This document shows positions 36,316 to 49,638 of a DNA stretch of 64,000 nt, piece by piece. Both the position numbers and the translations under genes were made by a program. Location of the stretch: contig OX597833.1 in the NCBI GenBank assembly GCA_951406725.2, positions 57,040,001 to 57,104,000 on the forward strand. Reading direction: 5' to 3'. The notes below the pieces were generated by a model. That model ran no database searches, was not told where the DNA came from, and was given only the letters and a program-made list of their open reading frames with translations. The stretch's first letter is position 1. The number at the start of each line of letters is the position of its first letter. This stretch comes from Octopus vulgaris. Lineage: Eukaryota.

Positions 36316-37521
36316 CTAAAAAATACAATAAACATAAGATTTAATGAATATAAGATTTAAAAGATTTTTCTTCAATTTTGTCTCAAAAAAAAAACATGAA
36401 ACACAAAATTAAAACAAACAAACACAGGTATGGCTGTAGGATTAAGAAGTTTTTGTAACCACATGGGGTTTGATTCCACCTCCTCCAATACCCACCTCTC
36501 AAAGGATCTTCTGAGTTACTTGGTAACCCCACCAGTACTGGTGCCCTGTAAAAAGCATCCAGTCCACACTGTTAAATGGTTAGTGTTTGGAAGGGGCATC
36601 CAGCTGTAAAAACCATGCCAAAGCCGACCTCACCTGTGCTGGTACCACATAAAAAGCACAGAGGCCACACTGTAAGGTGGTTGGCATTAGGAAGGGCATG
36701 CTAAAACAGACCTCACCAGTGCTGGTACTATGTAAAAAGCATTCAGTTCACTCTGGAAGGGGGTTGGCATTAGGAAGGGCATTCAACCATAAAAACCCTG
36801 CTAAAAATAGACCTCACAAGTGCTGGTGCCACCTTAAAAACATTCAATTCACTCTAGAAGGGGTTTGGCATTAGGAAGGGCATTCAACCATAAAAGCCAT
36901 GCTAAAACAAGCCTCGCCAGTGCCGGTGCCATGTAAAAAGCACTCAGTTCATTCTGCAAGGTGTTTGGTATTAGGGCATCCTGCTGTAAAAATCATGCCA
37001 GAACAGACAGTGAAGCCTGGTGCAATCTTCTGGCTTGCCAGCTCCTATCAAACCGTCCCACCCATGCCAGCATGAAAAATGGATGTTGAATGATGATGAT
37101 GATAATGTTGATGATGGTTTTGTGTGTGTATGCACATGCATGTGTATATTTCTATTATCCAGTTCTTCAGAACCTTATACCCGCTCTGTCATTCTCACAA
37201 CACCTTCAGCAATACGAAAAGCCACCCAACTGTAAAGAGCTTTGTTTCTTTCAGCAGATGCTGTGATGTTTCAGATATCACATATCACGTAGTATCAAGT
37301 ATTATCTTGGCTGCTGTGGTCGTTCATGAAAGCATGAGGCCGCCTATTTCAACATTTGGTGTCTTTCTATCAATAAAAAAAGTTCTATCTACTGTAGCAG
37401 CATCAGTAGTTTAATATGTCCGTTTCCCAATCGACCAGGATGTGTGTAAGCTGAGACATAGGCACACAGGTATGTGCACACACATGTATGCTGAACACAC
37501 ACACACACTTATACGTATAAC

Positions 37522-37573
<52 letters not shown>

Positions 37574-37633
37574 GATATATACAACCACATTCAAAGTAAA
37601 ATATATAATGACCATTATTTATAGCTTGTCTTG

Positions 37634-37676
<43 letters not shown>

Positions 37677-37823
37677 ACAAACATATATGTGTATCTATCT
37701 ATGTATATCTATCTCTCTATCTCTCTCTCTCTCTCTCTCTCTGTATATATATGTGTGTGTGTATGTGTGTATATATATATATGCACAAACAGATATGTAT
37801 GTATATATATATATATATATATA

Positions 37824-38955
37824 TGAGATCTGATCAGTAAGTATCCGGACTGTTACCATAGTAACGAAGCTAAAGTACATAGAGTGAACCTGCTTGGCAA
37901 AGATTGACCTTGGTCTCTGTTGTCCATGCACACTAAGTTTTAATGTTCTACCTCACTTCTGCTGTTTACAGCAGTGCTTGGAAGGAAGGTGTGTTGCAAG
38001 TGATCATTGCATTGACCATGACAAAGAAAGTTGTCATGGCGATACCTGCTCAGAGGCCTACGCAAAGTTGCAGAAAGTGTATGGAGAGGAGTGTATAGAC
38101 GAACACTTGTGTACGAGTGGTTCAGACGTTTCCAAGGTGGCTGACAAAATGTTGATATTGATGAACATTCTGGGAGTCCTGAAACCAGCAGAACTGCGTA
38201 AAACATTGCGGATGTGCATGGAGCTGTGAGGGGAAATCATCAATTCACCATTTATGAGTTATCAGAGGATGTGCAGATTAGTTACGGTTCAGTTCAGTCC
38301 ATTATCACTGAAGATCTGGGTATGAGATGTGCATCGGTCAAGTTTGTGCCAAAACGGCTTTCAGCTGACCAAAGGGACACTCAGATTTCAGTTGCACAAG
38401 ACCTCCTTGATTGTGTCATGAATGATAAAACTGGCAGAATCGTTAGCTTGCCGGGTGAAATGCTTTGTGGTATTTCGTCTGCCGCTACATTCTAAGTTAA
38501 AATTCCACTGAGGTCGACTTTGCCTTTCATCCTTTCGGGGTCGATAAATTAAGTACCAGTTACACACTGGGGTCGATGTGATCGACTTAATCCGTTTTGT
38601 CTGTCTGTCCTTGTTTGTCCTCTCTGTGTTTAGCCCCTTGTGGGTAGTAAAGAAATAAGAATGATAAAACTTCTCGAAAACTTTGTATTGATATCTGAGC
38701 AGGCATTGCCAAGCTTTTGGCAAAATTTAATGCAGATTCTCTGCTCGACTTTCTCTGTTGTGGTCAATGCAATGATCACATGCTACACACCTTTCTTCCA
38801 AGCACTGCTGTAATCGATGGAAGTGAATCAGAACGTCAAAACTTAGTGTGCATGCACAACAGAGTTTAAGGTCAAGCTGTGCCAAATGGCTTTACTCTGT
38901 GTGCCTTAGTTTCATTCCTAGGGCAACAGTCCAGATACTTATTGATCAGACCACA
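37824..38955 (+). mobile_element. Defective mariner element (foldback of two left ends) with a transposase N-terminal remnant
   Basis: TIR GATCTGATCAGTAAGTATCCGGACTGTT / AACAGTCCAGATACTTATTGATCAGACC. Remnant peptides AYAKLQKVYGEEC...YEWFRRF and TIYELSEDVQISYGSVQSIITEDLGMR..VKFVPKRLS (HTH plus WVPHEL-like linker); no catalytic domain. Confidence 0.88.
38433..38658 (+). mobile_element. SINE family B inserted in the mariner
   Basis: TSD GAATGATAAAACT. Confidence 0.88.
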
Positions 38956-39013
38956 CACACACACACACATATACATACATACATATATATACACACACAC
39001 ATATAAATGTGTG

Positions 39014-39051
<38 letters not shown>

Positions 39052-39090
39052 GTCTGATGAACGGCAACGAGAAACTCAGAGTATATGTAT

Positions 39091-39160
<70 letters not shown>

Positions 39161-39424
39161 GATGGATTTCTTTCAGTTTTCATCTATCAAATTCACTCTC
39201 AAGGCTTTGGTTGGCCCCATGCTATAATAGAAGACACTTGCCCGAGGTGTCATGCAATGGGACTGAACCTGGAACTATGTGGTTAGGAAGTAAGTTTCTT
39301 ACCACCCAGCCTGTGGTATCCTGGGGAGCCACTTTCAAGTGTCTTAAGTTGTTCATATTGACCCCATCACTTATTTCAGTCTGATATTTTTCCAAACTGT
39401 ATTTATCAAATGGCGGCACACACT

Positions 39425-39458
<34 letters not shown>

Positions 39459-39659
39459 CACATGCATATGTACATACACACATACATACACATACGTACA
39501 TACACACATACATACACACACATACATATACACACACACACATACATATACATACATATACATACATACATATATATACACACATGCACATACATATACA
39601 TACGTACATACACACACATACATAGATACACTCACACACAAACACATACATACATACAC

Positions 39660-39690
<31 letters not shown>

Positions 39691-40216
39691 CATACATACA
39701 TACACACATACATACTTTTGACAACCAGTGTCGGTGTGTGTTTATGGCCCTGCAAACATAGCGGGTTCAGCAAAAGTGACCGATAGAACAGGTACCATGC
39801 ACAAAAATATCTTCAAAGGTGGTGCCTCAGCATGGCTGCAGTCTAATGACTGAAACCAGTAAAAGATAAAAGACACACACACACACACACACACAATATG
39901 CAGTCACTTATGGATTGTAATGACCACAGAACCAGCTATTCAGTGATACATTTGCAAATGAAAGGCAGGATGTTTTTCTTTTTCTTTTTGAGACATTATA
40001 AGCTCTGCATTTCAGAGAAGTTTTCAGGAAATGGTAATCTATTGGAATGCTGTTGTTTATGTAAATCCTGTGTCCATTCTCTTGGGGAAGCTATATACAC
40101 AGCAGATTGTCCACATAGCTCTGGCTTTAGATATTGAAAAGGAAGGAAGGAGAAGACGAGAGAGAGAGAGAGAGAGAGAGACTGTGTATGGTCTTATAAC
40201 TGAAATGAAATCTATT

Positions 40217-40294
<78 letters not shown>

Positions 40295-40598
40295 CATACA
40301 TAGATAGATAGATAGATAGATAGATACATACATACATAGATGGGTACATAGATAGATAGATAGATAGATACATACATACTTAGATAGATAGATAGATACA
40401 TAGATAAATACATACATAGATACATATATAGCTAGATACATAGATAGATAGATACATACATACATACATAGATAGATACATAGATAGATAGATACATAGA
40501 TAGATATATAGATACATAGATAGATAGATAGATACATACATAGATAGATATATAGATAGATAGATACATAGATAGATACATAGATAGATACATAGATA
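40217..40598. repeat. (TAGA/TACA)n microsatellite; second tract at 41791-42150
   Basis: Direct inspection. Confidence 0.97.
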
Positions 40599-40599
40599 A

Positions 40600-41190
40600 C
40601 TTTCTTTTATTAGCCACACAGGGCTGAATACAGAGGGGACAAATACAAATGTAGGGCTTTTCTTTTCGAGGGTGGAAAAAAAGAAAATAAATGTAAGATT
40701 GCGATCAAAAGGGATCGAGAGGAAAAAAAAAAAGAAAAAAAGAAAGAAAACATTGATAAAACAAGATTGGGTTCATCCGTGGGAAGAAAAGCCTACAGAA
40801 AAGACCACGGGAACCTCAGTCAGGGAGGAAATAACCACATGAGAGCAAAATGCTCTCTCTCTTTCTTTTACGATTTACAGGGTCATGCTCAAAATGGTTT
40901 CGTCACTTGCATGTACCATCTTTGCAACATTCACCCATCTTTTTTTGAATCTTTCGCAAGACAAAACTTCCCTCTCCATTCTCACCTTCCTTTTCAAGTG
41001 CTTCTCGATAGCACTGCCAGGCCAGGGATCTTTGGTGATTGTTCATAGGTCCCGGCCCAAAAGTTGTCCTGAACAGGCGGGTCAGGTGTTCCTCGTCGAC
41101 GCCCAGACACTGCCCGAGTTCATCGTCGCACCTCCCTTCCACTAATCCTCTATAGAATGCCTTTGTTGTGATGGAGTCGCACAAGTTCCA
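40600..41190 (-). mobile_element. Tx1/L1-type LINE 3' fragment, internally deleted
   Basis: TKAFYRGLVEGRCDD...TFGPGPMNNHQRSLAWQCYREAL (post-RT region) joined to HLKRKVRMEREVLSCERFKKRWVNVAKM..*. 3' UTR ends TTGTCCCCTCTGTATTCAGCCCTGTGTGGCTAATAAAAGAAA. Confidence 0.65.
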
Positions 41191-41191
41191 T

Positions 41192-41790
41192 CGCGAAAGT
41201 GTGACTGCGCATGCGCGAAAAGTGTAACTGCGCATACGCGAACGTGTTTGGTAGCTTTCAACTAACACTATCTCCTCCGAGACCCTGCAGCACAGGTTGA
41301 CCAAAATTGAGAGTATGATAGAAGAAGGCTTACTCTTCCTTCCGTAGAAATTCAAAATTCAAATTGGACCATGTTAACACCAAAAATTATTTACATCAGA
41401 AAGGTGCCTCTTTTCCAATAAAAATCCCTACTTTTTACGATTTTTTTTACTGCTGTGTCGCATGCGCGAATGTGTGACTGCGCATGTGCGAACCTGTGAC
41501 TGCGCATGCGTGAACGTGTTCGTGCGCATGCACATTCACACGTTCGCGCATGCGCAGTCACACGTTCGCGTATGCACAGTCACACTTTCGTGCATGCGCA
41601 GTCACACGTCCACGCATGCGCAGTCACATGTTCACGCATGCGCAGTTACACTTTCGCGCATGCGCATGCACAAGTACGCGCATGCGCACGCACACGTTCG
41701 CGCATGCGCACACACAAGTACGTGCATGCGCACGCACACGTTCGCGCATGCGCATTCACAATTTCGCGCATGCGCAGTCACACGTTCGCA
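41192..41790. repeat. TGCGCATGCGCA-rich ~20-22-bp repeat arrays flanking an internal Helitron segment (41248-41460)
   Basis: Unit GCGAACGTGTGACTGCGCAT switches to its reverse complement near 41525. The central part matches 62907-63115. Confidence 0.85.
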
Positions 41791-41911
41791 CATAGATAGA
41801 TAGATAGATATATAGATAGATAGATATATAGATAGATAGATACATACATAGATAGATAGATACATAGATAGATAGATATATAGATAGATAGATATATAGA
41901 TAGATAGATAC

Positions 41912-41949
<38 letters not shown>

Positions 41950-42334
41950 TGGTAGATAGATAGATAGATAGATACATAGATAGATAGATAGATAGATTGG
42001 TAGATAGATAAATACATACATACATAGATAGATAGATACATAGATATCTTTTTATTATGGCCACACAGGGCTAAACACAGAAAATAGATAGATAGATGAA
42101 GAGATGTAGGGGTAGATAGACAGATATAAAGTATAGATAGAGAGATAAGTATTTATGTGTATGTCTGGGAGTGAGTGCACATATCGATAAGCTGATTTGT
42201 ATGTGTGGATATGAGCCTCTGTCCGTGTGTGTTCACTAATGGTCTCATGTGACTAAACAAAGACAGGCACATACATGCAAACATACACACATAACAAACA
42301 TATGCATATATATACATATACATATCCATCACCA

Positions 42335-42632
42335 TCACGTGACCGACCAGTCCATCAGATGTAGTTACACATTGCTGGTCACAATGCGTTCGCATTGTTT
42401 TAGCCTTCGAATGACGCCACCCCGCTGGCTAAGCGAGCAGGCCAAGAGAAGAAAGAGTGGGAGAAAGAGTGGTGAAAGAGTACAGCAGGGATCGCCACCC
42501 CCTGCCGGAGCCTCGTGGAGCTTTTAGGTGTTTTCGCTCAATAAACACTCACAACGCCCGGTCTGGGAATTGAAACCGCGATCCTACGACCGCGAGTCCG
42601 CTGCCCTAACCACTAGGCCATTGCGCCTCCAC
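42335..42632 (-). mobile_element. SINE family C (tRNA-Arg-like head)
   Basis: GGAGGCGCAATGGCCTAGTGGTTAGGGCAGCGGACTCGCGGTCG head on the minus strand. Confidence 0.85.
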
Positions 42633-42773
42633 ACATATACATATACATATACATACATATGCAAAATATATGCATACATAAGTATGTGCACCAATGGATT
42701 CATGTGATAAAACACAAACGCATATACATACATATATACACACATCACATCTGCTATAATAATACTCTATGAA

Positions 42774-43375
42774 GGCGGCGAGCTGGCAGAAACGTTAGCA
42801 CGCCGGGCGAAATGCGTAGCCGTATTTCGTCTGCTGTTACGTTGTGAGTTCAAATTCCGCCGAGGTCGACTTTGCCTTTCATCCTTTCGGGGTCGATAAA
42901 TTAAGTACCAGTTATGCACTGGGGTCGATGTAATCCACTTAATTCGTTTGTCTGTCTTTGCTTGTCCCCTCTATGTTTAGCCCCTTGTGGATAGTAAAGA
43001 AATAGGTATTTCGTCTTCGGCTACGTTCTGAGTTCAAATTCCGCCGAGGTCGACTTTGCCTTTCATCCTTTCGGGGTCGATAAATTAAGTACCAGTTACA
43101 CACTGGTGGTCGATGTAATCGACTTAATACGTTTGTCTGTCTTTGCTTGTCCCCTCTATGTTTAGCCCCTTGTGGGTAGTAAAGAAATAGGTATTTCGTC
43201 TTCGGCTACGTTCTGAGTTCAAATTCCGCCGAGGTCGACTTTGCCTTTCATCCTTTCGGGGTCGATAAATTAAGTACCAGTTACGCACTGGGGTCGATGT
43301 AATTGACTTAATTCGTTCGTCTGTCTTTGCTTGTCCCCCTCTATGTTTAGCCCCTTGTGGGTAGTAAAGAAATAT
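42774..43375 (+). mobile_element. SINE family B with a triplicated body (~186-bp period)
   Basis: One head, three B-box/body/tail units and a single TSD TATAATAATACTCT. Confidence 0.9.
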
Positions 43376-43499
43376 ATAATAATACTCTTGTGTTTTTCTC
43401 TGTCACAACATATGAATAAGAAAGGAAGGGGTGATAGATGAATAAGGAAGGAAGGGGTGATGGCAAATTGGTAGTGGGATGATGGAAATACTACACTTT

Positions 43500-43903
43500 A
43501 CTCTGTTTTACTCTTTTACTTGTTTCAGTCATGTGACTGTGGCCATGCTGGAGCACCGCCTTTTAGTCGAGCAAATCGACCCTAGGACTTATTCTTTGTA
43601 AGCCTAGTACTTATTCTATCGGTCTCTTTTGCTGAACCGCTAAGTTACAGGGACGTAAACACACCAGCATCGGTTGTCAAGCGATGTTGGAGGTGGGGGA
43701 CAAACACAGACACACAAACATATACACACACACACATACATATGTACGACAGGCTTCTTTCAGTTTCTATCTACCAAATCCACTCACAAGGCTTTGGTCG
43801 GCCCGAGGTTATAGTAGAAGACACTTGCCCAAGGTGCCACGCAGTGGGACTGAACCCGGAACAATGAAGTTGGTAAGCAAGCTACTTACCACAAAACCAC
43901 TCA
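43500..43903 (-). mobile_element. SINE family A
   Basis: Near-full-length copy. Confidence 0.9.
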
Positions 43904-45439
43904 TATGGTGAAAAAGAAAAATCAAATGGCGTTTCAACTCTGTGTGTGTATGTAAAAGGAAGGTATGTGAATGTGTGTTTGTGTGTGTGTGTGTGTGTGC
44001 AATGGATGTGAGATGCTGAAAAGAAAAATAAAACAGCATCTCAACAATAAAATACTAAAATTAGCCATCATTTTCGATGGCACAGGGGTCAGCCAGATTT
44101 TTAATATTCTTTTATTCTTTTTTTATTCCTTGTGGCCATGCTGGGGCACTACTTGGAAGTGTTTTTAGTTTAGCAAATTGACCCCAGTGTTTATTTTCTT
44201 AAAAAAAAAAAAACAGTCTGGTATTTATTCTCTGAGTCTCTTTTGCCAAACTGGTCAGTTATAGGAACGTAAACACACCAGCACTGGTGGTCAAGCTGTT
44301 GGGGCAGGAGGACAAACACACACACACACACACACACGTATATATTTATATGTATATATATGTCCAATTTTTCGGCATATTTGGCATTAGAAATTTTTTT
44401 TTTTTTCCCTTGCCCTCATTTATGAATTATATAAATTTAACCGTTAAAGGTATTTTTTAATATGCTGGCCATTGATAAAATTGTTTTTGAGAAAATATAT
44501 ATATTTTTTTTTTTCGAAAAGAATTTTATCCTCACATTTGATATATATATATATATATATATTATAAACAAGGGCAAAAGAAAAAAATTTCTCATACCAA
44601 ATATGCTGAAACTAGACACATTGTCCATAACCATATAATTCATCACTGTAAGCATGTGTCTTGAAGAAAACCGACAGAGATTTCTAAAAAATTTCGTTAT
44701 TACCATATCGGATCTGATTTCAGAGTTAGTTCATAAGAACCTTCTCTTCGTCGGTGATAAATGCGGCAAAGAAATAAATGAAATACTTACTTATATGTAA
44801 GTTATATATGAATGTTATATATATATATATATACATGCATGCATGTATGTATGTGTGTATAAACGCTGGGCTACCGCTCAGTTTTTGCCCACCAAATTAA
44901 CTGTCAGCTCTGTCTGAGCAGACCTATGATCATATGTACCCCAGCCATGTATATCTTGGACAGTAATATAAAATGTTTCCTTCCCTTTTTTTTTCCTTAA
45001 AGATGGTAGGATATAAATTTGGGGGAATTTGGCTGCTCTTTCTAGCATGCTAAGCGGCTGCATAGAGGCCCCTTTGACAATAATAACATTACACTGTGCT
45101 ATTGAAGAAGGTTTCATTATCATTATGGGGCTGTGTTCTGATTCTTTTATGTGAAGTCTCACCCTGAGAGAATTGGGTTCTGGAAGACAAACAGATTGTA
45201 TGCAGACACATGGCTTGAAGACTAATTCTCACTGTGAGACTGGCAGGCTATAGATATGCATGCAGCCTGAAGATACTAGAAGACTGAGTTCTGGCAAGAC
45301 TGGCAGATCGTAGACACATATAACCAGAAGACCAATTCTTCCACTGGTTGTCTTTATGGTACACAAGGTTACAAATTCACTTATCAATCAAATCATGCCA
45401 GTATAGACCAAAAAAAAAAAAAATTGAAGAAGTTGAATA

Positions 45440-45603
45440 TAGGCGCAGGAGTGGCTGTGTGGTAAGTAGCTTGCTAACCAACCACATGGTTCCGGGTTCA
45501 GTCCCACTGCGTGGCATCTTGGGCAAGTGTCTTCTGCTATAGCCCCGGGCCGACCAATGCCTTGTGAGTGGATTTGGTAGACGGAAACTGAAAGAAGCCT
45601 GTC

Positions 45604-45653
<50 letters not shown>

Positions 45654-46066
45654 GTTTGTGTGTCCCCCTAGCATTGCTTGACAACCGATGCTGGTGTGTT
45701 TACGTCCCCGTCACTTAGCGGTTCGGCAAAAGAGACCGATAGAATAAGTACTGGGCTTACAAAGAATAAGTCCCGGGGTCGATTTGCTCGACTAAAGGCG
45801 GTGCTCCAGCATGGCCGCAGGCAAATGACTGAAACAAGTAAAAGAGTAAAGAGTATATGTGTGTATGTTTGTGTGTGTGTGTTTGTCCCCCTAGCATTGC
45901 TGGTGTGTTTACGTCCCCGTCACTTAGCGGTTCGGCAAAAGAGACTGATAGAATAAGTACTGGGCTTACAAAGAATAAGTCCCAGGGTCGATTTGCTCGA
46001 CTAAAGGGCGGTGCTCCAGCATGGCCGCAGTCAAATGACTGAAACAAGTAAAAGAGTAAAGAGAGT
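45440..46066 (+). mobile_element. SINE family A with a duplicated 3' half
   Basis: Full copy at 45440-45853 followed by a second tail unit. Confidence 0.92.
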
Positions 46067-46789
46067 AAGTTCTTTTAACATTTATCCAACTACTCAAGAC
46101 ACATGATTGGAATTTATTGTCTGAGAACTAAATCTGTTTGAAAACTGCCAATCAATATATAGATGTTGTTGCAGTTGTTTGGAAAGCCAAATCAGCTTAG
46201 TTCAGAATTATAAGCTGAAGAACAAAGAGTAGAATTTAAATTAAGCTTTTAACTAAAATTAGGGCTGAAATTTTTAAGCAAATCTCTTTTATTCTAAAGG
46301 ATTAAGAATAGAATTTATATAAATTTATATCGAAAACTCGAGAAAGGAAACGTAAAAGAAATAAGAAAAAAGACAACAAAAATAAAAACTCGCACACTCC
46401 GTCTTCCCAAGAAGGAAGGAAGGAAGATAAAAACGGAAAGAAGATAGGAATATAAAGAATAAAAGAAGAAGAGGAAGAGAAGAAGGAAAGGGGAGGGGGA
46501 TAGTGGAGAAGAAAACGAGAAGAGAAGGAAGTCTAGTGGATTTGAAGTGTTCATGGTATTGATAGAGAAATGCTGAAGATTTTCGTTGATATACTGGATT
46601 GAAACTTGTTTGTCAACTAATTTAGCGTCTTTGAGACCAAGACATGTTTGTTCTGGTAGCTTCTCTGGAAGATTACTACGCTAGCTTCTGTTCACATGAG
46701 TATTGATCTCACCGAATGTTGTTTACAGGATTGTGTGATATGTGTATGTGAATATACACCAGCATCATCACCATCACCATCATCATTGT

Positions 46790-47378
46790 TATCCTCATCG
46801 CTTCCAAATGTGTTAACGTGTGACATTATTGACCGAGGCCACTGTGGTCTTTTCCGTAGGCTTTTCTTTCCACAGATAAACCTTATCTGTTTCCCCCTTT
46901 ACACTTTACACCATGACATTTCTGTTATACACGATCCCTATTGATAATGTTTTATTTTTTTAATGATCCCATTTGATCGAAAACCTACCCTCACCTTTTT
47001 TTTCCTCCCCAAAACGAAAAGCTTTACTTTGTAATTTGTCCCCTCTGTATTCAGCCCTGTGTGGCTAATAAAGAAACATATCCTCATTGCTTCCAAATGT
47101 GTTAACATGTGACATTATTAACCGAGGTTACTGTGGTCTTTTCCGTAGGCTTTTCTTTCCACAGATAAACCTTATCTGTTTCCCCCTTTACACTTTACAT
47201 CATGACATTTCTGTGATACACGATCCCTATTGATCATTTTTTTTTACTATCCCATTTGATCGAAAACCCCCCCCCCTTTTTTTTTTCTCCCTAGAAAAAA
47301 AAAGCTCTACTTTGTAATTTTTCCCCTCTGTGTTCAGCCCTGTGTGACTAATAAAGAAACATATCCTCATTGCTTCCA
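46790..47378 (+). mobile_element. Two tandem copies of the Tx1-type LINE 3' UTR
   Basis: ~290-bp units homologous to 40600-40830, bounded three times by ATCCTCATYGCTTCCA. Confidence 0.8.
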
Positions 47379-47729
47379 CTGTCACTGGCAGAATTGTTAG
47401 CACGCTGGTCAAAATGCCTGTATGTTCTGAGTTCAAATTCCACCTTGGTCAACTTGGCCTTTCATCTTTTCAAGGTTGATGAAACAAGTACCTGTCAAGC
47501 ACTGGGGGGGGGGGCAATGTAACTGACTTTCCCCTTCACCCCCAAAACTGCTGGCCTTGTGCTAAAATTTGAAACTATTATTTCAATGTACACGTTACCA
47601 TACTTGCATGTGTCAGACGAAATTTCTTAAGGCAGATTTTCTACAGCTGGATGCTCTTCCTGTCACTGACTCTTAATTGTTTCCAAGCAAAGTAATACTC
47701 ACCCTAGTCCTTTGAACACAAACAGCAGT

Positions 47730-48110
47730 GGAGGCGCAATGGCCCAGTGGTTAGGGCAGCAGACTCGCAGTCGGAGGATCGTGGTTTCGATTCCCAGACC
47801 GGGCATTTTGTGTGTTTATCGAGCGAAAAACATCTAAAGCTCCACGAGGCTCTGGCAGTGGGTGGTGGCGACCCCTGTTGTACTCTTTCGCTCCAACTTT
47901 CTCTCACTCTTTCTTTCTGTTTCTTGTCCCCGACTTCCTACGCAACTGCTGAGCCTGGATGCGCATTCATCCATCCATCGATGCTCTCGGTGTCGGAGGT
48001 TGACCTGCTTTCTCTTCTGCGGGTCTTACGAATAGCAAAAGATCACGTTTCGGACTTCTCCCATCTTGCGAGCTCTGGGACGAAGACCATTCGCTCAACA
48101 TCAACATCAT
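47730..48110 (+). mobile_element. SINE family C
   Basis: tRNA-Arg-like head; flanks share CACAAACAG. Confidence 0.85.
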
Positions 48111-48427
48111 CACACAAACAGGAGAATGGCTGGACATGCTTTTATGGAAGATTGCAAATGAACGGCATTGCTTGTATAACGGTGATGTTTGTTTTCAATT
48201 AGGAGATAATGTCAAGAGAAGAAGACTTACACACACAGTTTCCATCTACTAAATTTACTCAAAGGGCTTTGGTTGGCCCGAGGCTATTAGTAGAAGACAC
48301 TTGCCCAAGGTGCCACACAGTAGGAATGAACCTGAAGCCATGAGGTTGGGAAGCAAGTTTGTTACTACACAGCCATGCCAGCATGAAAAATGGACATTAA
48401 ATTATGACGATGACAATGATAATGACT

Positions 48428-49108
48428 CACACACATACACACACACACACTCTCTCTCTCTTTCTGTCACACATGCACACACACATACACACACACTTTC
48501 TTTCTCACACACACACACACTCTTTCTCACACACACACACACTTTCTTTCTCACACACACACACACACACACTTTCTTTCTCACACACACACACACTTTC
48601 TTTCTCACACACACACACTTTCTTTCTCTCTCTCACACACACACACACACACTTTCTTTCTCACACACACTCTTTCTCACACACACACACACACACACAC
48701 ATACTTTCTTTCTCACACACACACACACACTTTCTTTCTCACACACACACACACACACTTTCTTTCTCACACACACACACACACTTTCTTTCTCACACAC
48801 ACACACACACACTTTCTTTCTCACACACACACACACTTTCTTTCTCACACACACACACACACACACACTTTCTTTCTCACACACACACACACACTTTCTT
48901 TCTCACACACACACACTTTCTTTCTCACACACACACACACACACACACACTTTCTTTCTCTCTCACTTTCTTTCTCACACACACAGACACTCTCTCTTTC
49001 TCACACACACAGACACTCTCTCTCTTTCTCACACACACCACACACACTCTCACTCACTCACAATCACTTTCCTTCTCTCTCTCTCTCTCTCGCTCTCTCT
49101 CTGTCTCT
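48428..49108. repeat. Compound satellite TTTCTTTCT-(CA)n
   Basis: Direct inspection; ~25 units. Confidence 0.95.
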
Positions 49109-49638
49109 GAAAATTTCCATGTCCCCTTAACTTTAATTAAAACTTCTGAAACGTCATGCATTGCCAGCTCAGTGGTTCTCTATGCGAGCTAACTGTCCCC
49201 TCGCTTCGCTTTACCACATGCAAACAACAAATGCACTGACCACCACCACCACCACCACCACCACCACTATTACTAATACTGCTAACCACCACCACCACCA
49301 CCAGCACCGACACCACCACCACCACCCACTTGTCCATTCAGGCATGTAATGAGCTGATTATCTTCCATCAAACCTATCTCATACTATATTATAATACACA
49401 ATATCATTTGCCTTGTTTGCTCCGATGGACAAAGAAGACACATTGAATCCATTGGTGTAACATATTTCTAACAAACGCAGTTAACTCGCCAGTTGCTATC
49501 ACTTGCTGCTTTTACCGTATTTTCATGTTATTTCTATTTATATACTAATTTGTTTATTTCTATACTTTGTCGCTTTTGTTTCATTGTCTTGCAACTTTTT
49601 TTTTGTTTTTATGGTATTTTTTTTTTATTTTTATCTTA

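Noticed and set aside
46315-46680. Open minus-strand frame SNLPEKLPEQTCLGLKDAK...
   Set aside because: No convincing acceptor or donor, and it continues into a low-complexity pyrimidine tract.
47730-47802. tRNA-Arg gene-like sequences (also 42560-42632, 52412, 61321)
   Set aside because: Acceptor stems are imperfect and each continues into a shared SINE body, so these are SINE heads.
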